Source: Octopus sinensis (lineage: Eukaryota). From it: DNA of 37,105 nucleotides. Shown one piece after another: positions 33,085-37,105 of this stretch (its first letter is position 1; every line of letters begins with the position of its first letter). A model generated the notes under the pieces. The model saw only the letters and a list, made by a program, of their open reading frames with translations, was not told where the DNA came from and did no database searches. A program made the position numbers and the translations under genes. The stretch spans positions 1 through 37,105 of the forward strand of contig NW_021832671.1 in the NCBI RefSeq assembly GCF_006345805.1, written 5' to 3'.

Positions 33085-33803
33085 CTTCATTAAAAAAGGA
33101 AAAAAAGAAGTTAAATATCAAAATAAAGGAGTTGGAAAATGAAATCGAACGGGGTGGAGAGAAGCGAATGGAGGACAATAGAACAAGGTTGAAAATGTGA
33201 TAAATGTAATTCCCGAAATTAAATATTTAGACGCCATAATTACGAAACATATTGTAACATGACGATATAATTGTGACGTGGGTGAGCTTCTATTTAATAC
33301 TCCAATAATATTATGTAGTTTGATATGATATTGATTTCCCAGTGTTCGGCCCAAGGCCTCAGTTTTCTAATGAAGTGTTTGTATGTGTGATTGGCGGTGG
33401 GGTGAGTGTTACGGGTGTCCAAACCTAATGAAACGGATCCCTTCATAATAATCATCAACCAGGAGATGGGCGATTCTTGTTTTATTGTCGTCCTTACAAA
33501 GATGAAAGGTAAAAGCGTTTTGGCCTGTTCCCACCCACACTCCTACACACACACACACACACACATGCAAGCACCGATGAGGCGGATATTTTAGCCGTGG
33601 CCATACCAAATCCAGTTTGTTTTCGCCTTGAGCTATATGGATCAAAGGCGTTCTAGCCGTGACTGTATAGATTTTTATTCTGAACTCTCGATTCTACCAT
33701 CGATTGCATTATCCATTGTGTCCTTTATTAAAAAGCAAGCTTGTATTTGCGATTTTAGTGCGATTTGACTGTTATGTCAAGCAAAGGTTACGATCACTTA
33801 GAG

Positions 33804-33963
33804 CAGTGGTTCAGGACCATCATTTGCTTACGGAACCTTTTCATTCAATCGTATAAAAGAATTAAAATATTTTGAGCATTATAGAAGATGAATTTTAACA
33901 ACAAAACCATATATGGACCCCCCCCCCACCAACGGTCATGTGGACCCCAATTGGATACTACTG
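33804..33963. mobile_element. hAT (MER5/Charlie-like) MITE
   Basis: acttagag at 33796-33803 and 33965-33972; ends cagtggttc and gatactactg. Confidence 0.75.
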
Positions 33964-34166
33964 AACTTAGAGGATCATTCAGAGACTCATGAAAGGTTAA
34001 ATGGTCAAGCATGGCCGGTTTTGAAATTTGTGGATGTGTCGTAAAGCCAGTTCTTAACATCCCAGAAGACAGGCTGCTTTGAGATATCGTATTTGTTGTG
34101 ACATCACAATGTTAATGCATACATTTCAATACACACTCACATACGAGTGTACGGATGCATGTTTAT

Positions 34167-34204
<38 letters not shown>

Positions 34205-34244
34205 TATATATATGTTTATATATGCATGTTCATATTGTATATAT

Positions 34245-34450
34245 GCTTGTTTCAGTCATTAGACTGTGGCCATGCTGGGATACCACTCTGAACAGTTTTA
34301 GTCGAATAAATCAACTCCAGTATTTATTTTTTGAACCTGGTACTTATACTATTCATCTCCTTTGCCGAACCGTTAAGATACTGGAACGTAAACACACCAA
34401 CAGCGTTCGTCAAGCGGTGGTGGGGGACAAACACGCACGCACAGAGACAC
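34245..34450 (-). mobile_element. SINE family B, 3' half
   Basis: gcttgtttcagtcattagactgtggccatgctggg...ttgccgaaccgttaag. Confidence 0.85.
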
Positions 34451-34509
34451 TCATACATACATACATACATACATACATACTACATACATACATACATATA
34501 GTACTTCAT

Positions 34510-34705
34510 AATCGTTTGCGCGCTGGACGAAATGCTTAGCAGAATTTCGCCCGTCGCTATATTCTGAGTTCAAATTCTGCTGAGGTCGACTTTGCCTTTC
34601 ATCCTTTCGGGATCGATAAAATAAGTACCAGTTGAACATTGGGTTCGATGTAATCGACTCATCCCCACCTTCCCCAAGCTGCTCTTGTGACAAAAAGTTG
34701 AAATA
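34510..34705 (+). mobile_element. SINE family A, alternative tail, 5'-clipped
   Basis: gaaatgcttagc...gaggtcgactttgcctttcatcctttcggg...ttgaaata. Confidence 0.88.
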
Positions 34706-34766
34706 ATTATATATATAATATTATATATTGGCTAAACTGGCAAAATGACCATTCCGAAATACAACA

Positions 34767-34818
<52 letters not shown>

Positions 34819-34819
34819 A

Positions 34820-35162
34820 TATAAAATATTATTTGAGACAAAACCACTATTTTGCAAAACAAACAAGGAAAGACTTAATCAATACATAAAATTTAATAAA
34901 TAGTCAAAAAAACCGCCACTACAATCGTTTCTTGTCTTGATCGACAATCTTCAGGTGGACTTCCAATAATTCAGTTACAAATTATGAAGTGACTTCATAA
35001 TTTGTAACTGAATTATTGGAAGTCCACCTGAAGATTGTCGATCAAGACAAGAAACGATTGTAGTGGCGGTTTTTTTGACTATTTATTAAATTTTATGTAT
35101 TGATTAAGTCTTTCCTTGTTTGTTTTGCAAAATAGTGGTTTTGTCTCAAATAATATTTTATA
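34820..35162. repeat. Perfect palindrome, 171-bp arms, 1-nt centre (34991)
   Basis: 34820-34990 is the exact reverse complement of 34992-35162 by base-by-base reading; (TA)n on the left flank. Confidence 0.97.
35024..35066 (+). ncRNA. Minimal type-I hammerhead ribozyme, intact core (mirror copy at 34916-34958, minus strand)
   Basis: ccac-CTGAAGA-ttgtc[gatcaa]gacaa-GAAA-cgattGTA-gtgg; predicted cleavage after 35062. Confidence 0.72.
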
Positions 35163-35302
35163 ATATTTTACTATAAAATTGGATTTAATCCTAAAATCTG
35201 ATTTTTTTTCCCTGTAAATTTGGATATATTCCCTAATATTTATTATTATATATATATATATATATATATATTAATAGATACGAAAAACTTCTTTCATTTT
35301 TG

Positions 35303-35425
35303 TGTCAACCAAATCTACTCACAAGGTTTTGGTTGACCTGGGGCCATAGTAGAAGTCCAATGTACACGCAGTGGAACTTAAACCAAACTGCACGTTTAGA
35401 TTCTTAACTACACTATCACGCATGA
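35303..35425 (-). mobile_element. Degenerate SINE B 5' fragment
   Basis: accaaatctactcacaaggttttggttgacctggggccatagtagaag. Confidence 0.7.
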
Positions 35426-36006
35426 GCCTATATATGTGTGTGTGTATAAAGAAGTAGATAGATCGATAAATAAATAAATAGATGTCCATGTATGCATGTA
35501 TATACATATATCTGCCTGTATATATATATATATATATAATATATATATATATATACATACTGACCATACGCACAAACATTCACCCAGGCCATACATACAT
35601 AGTGATCTTCCATCGGCCTTTGAAGAAGAGTCTGGCTCGGTCAATCGAGTTACTGAGCAATTACATTAATGTGTATGTGGTTGCGTATTCCGTAGACATT
35701 TTGTTCACTGAAGATATTCTTTAGAAAGAAACCAGCTCAACACAGTTGCCGCCCACACCTTGAATTACATGTACAATGCTGTGGACGGCGGGCTTCTGCG
35801 CAGTTTACCCTCTTATCCAGTTTCTCTCACATGGTAAAAGTTACATGTCCAAGATATCGTCCAAAGTGGTCGAATCAGAAGCACATGCTTCGAAGCCAGT
35901 TAATCACTTAATCATTCGACTATATCTGTGTCCATAGGCAAATACACACACGCACATAAACACACACACACACACATATATATTTACACGTATGCGTGTG
36001 TGTGTT

Positions 36007-36397
36007 GGTGTGGCTGTGTAGTAAGAAGCTTCCTTTCCAACCACAAGGTTCCTGGCTCAGTCCCACTGCGTGGCACCTTGTACAAGTGTCTTTTACTAAA
36101 GCCCTGTGCCGACCTAATCCCTGCGAGTGGGTTTGGTAGATGGAAACTAAAAGAAGCCCGTCGCACGTGTGTGTGTCTCTCTGTGTCTGTGTTTGCCCCC
36201 ACCTCCGCGTGACCACCGGTGTGGATGTTTTTAGGTCCCTGTAACTTTGCGGTTCGGCCAAAGAGGTCGATAGAATATGTACCATCCTTTACAAAAATGT
36301 GTTGGGCGTCGATTCATTCGTCTAAAAATTCTCGAAGGTGGAGCCCCAGCATGGCCGCAGTATTATGACTGAAACGAGATTAAAGTTAAAAGAGTAA
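36007..36397 (+). mobile_element. SINE family B, full length, diverged
   Basis: Head, core and tail blocks are all present. Confidence 0.92.
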
Positions 36398-36479
36398 CAA
36401 TCATCATCATCATCATCATCTAACATACCTTAACAGCAAGAAGAACATCAAAACAATAACAAATAGCAACAAAAAAAGC

Positions 36480-36620
36480 TATTGCAGCGGCAGCAGCAGC
36501 AATAACACAAACAAAAACAACAAAAAACAACAACAAAAACAACAAAAAACAACAACAACAGCTGCAGTATTAACTACAACAATATTAACAACAACAACAA
36601 CGACGACAAGTAAAAAGCAA
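36480..36620. repeat. (CAG)/(CAA)n compound repeat
   Basis: Direct reading. Confidence 0.9.
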
Positions 36621-36876
36621 CACCACAAACAATATGAAAAAACTCCCATAACATTTTCTTTTGTTACAATAACAACATCATTAAAATAAGATGGCGGCAA
36701 CAATACAATGATGTGGTCCCGGACACGTTTTGTATGAATAAAAATAGGGGATGGTCAGGGATGGGTTGCCTTCAATAATGAAACTGATCAGCTGCTAGAT
36801 ACGGCAGTCAGACGTCCCTCTAATCACATCTTAAAGTTTTAGAAAGTAAAGGACCCTTTCGGTAATGCAGTCCAAG

Positions 36877-36950
36877 ATGGTCACGTCTGGAACGGCTTTG
36901 ATCAGATGTCTGCCGTATCGGAGCTGACCTGGGGGGGGGGATAAGCAATA
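36877..36950 (+). mobile_element. Short retroelement 3' tail, second copy
   Basis: Similar to 5038-5105. Confidence 0.5.
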
Positions 36951-37105
36951 ATATTAAACAGAATATTGTCAATACACAACATCAAAGATAGGAGTAGCAA
37001 CAACAAAACAGCTACACGAGAAACGACCTTAATACAACACAACAACAACAAAATAATATTATAATAATATAATAATAGTAATAATAAGTGAAAGCAACGC
37101 TATAA

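Overview
Eukaryotic, AT-rich, repeat-dense non-coding DNA, most likely a large intron or intergenic region of an Octopus-type cephalopod genome. That assignment is inferred from the SINE families and the microsatellite load. No host protein-coding gene, rRNA, true tRNA or CRISPR array can be supported, and nearly all ORFs in the track are microsatellite translations. The window holds about 25 copies or fragments of at least four tRNA-headed SINE families (named A-D here), the 3' end of a CR1/L2-group LINE, a Penelope-like (PLE) ORF C-terminal fragment, hAT- and Tigger-type MITEs, a non-autonomous Helitron and many simple repeats. The most interesting signal is a set of minimal type-I hammerhead ribozyme (HHR) motifs. 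One sits inside a tRNA-headed SINE-like element (29251-29592). One lies on each arm of a perfect 171-bp palindrome (34820-35162). A variant-core pair and a degenerate copy occur in other small repeats. Five fold-back (inverted-repeat) elements, most set in (TA)n, and recurrent SINE-into-SINE tandem structures are also present. A few minus-strand exon candidates are reported at low confidence.
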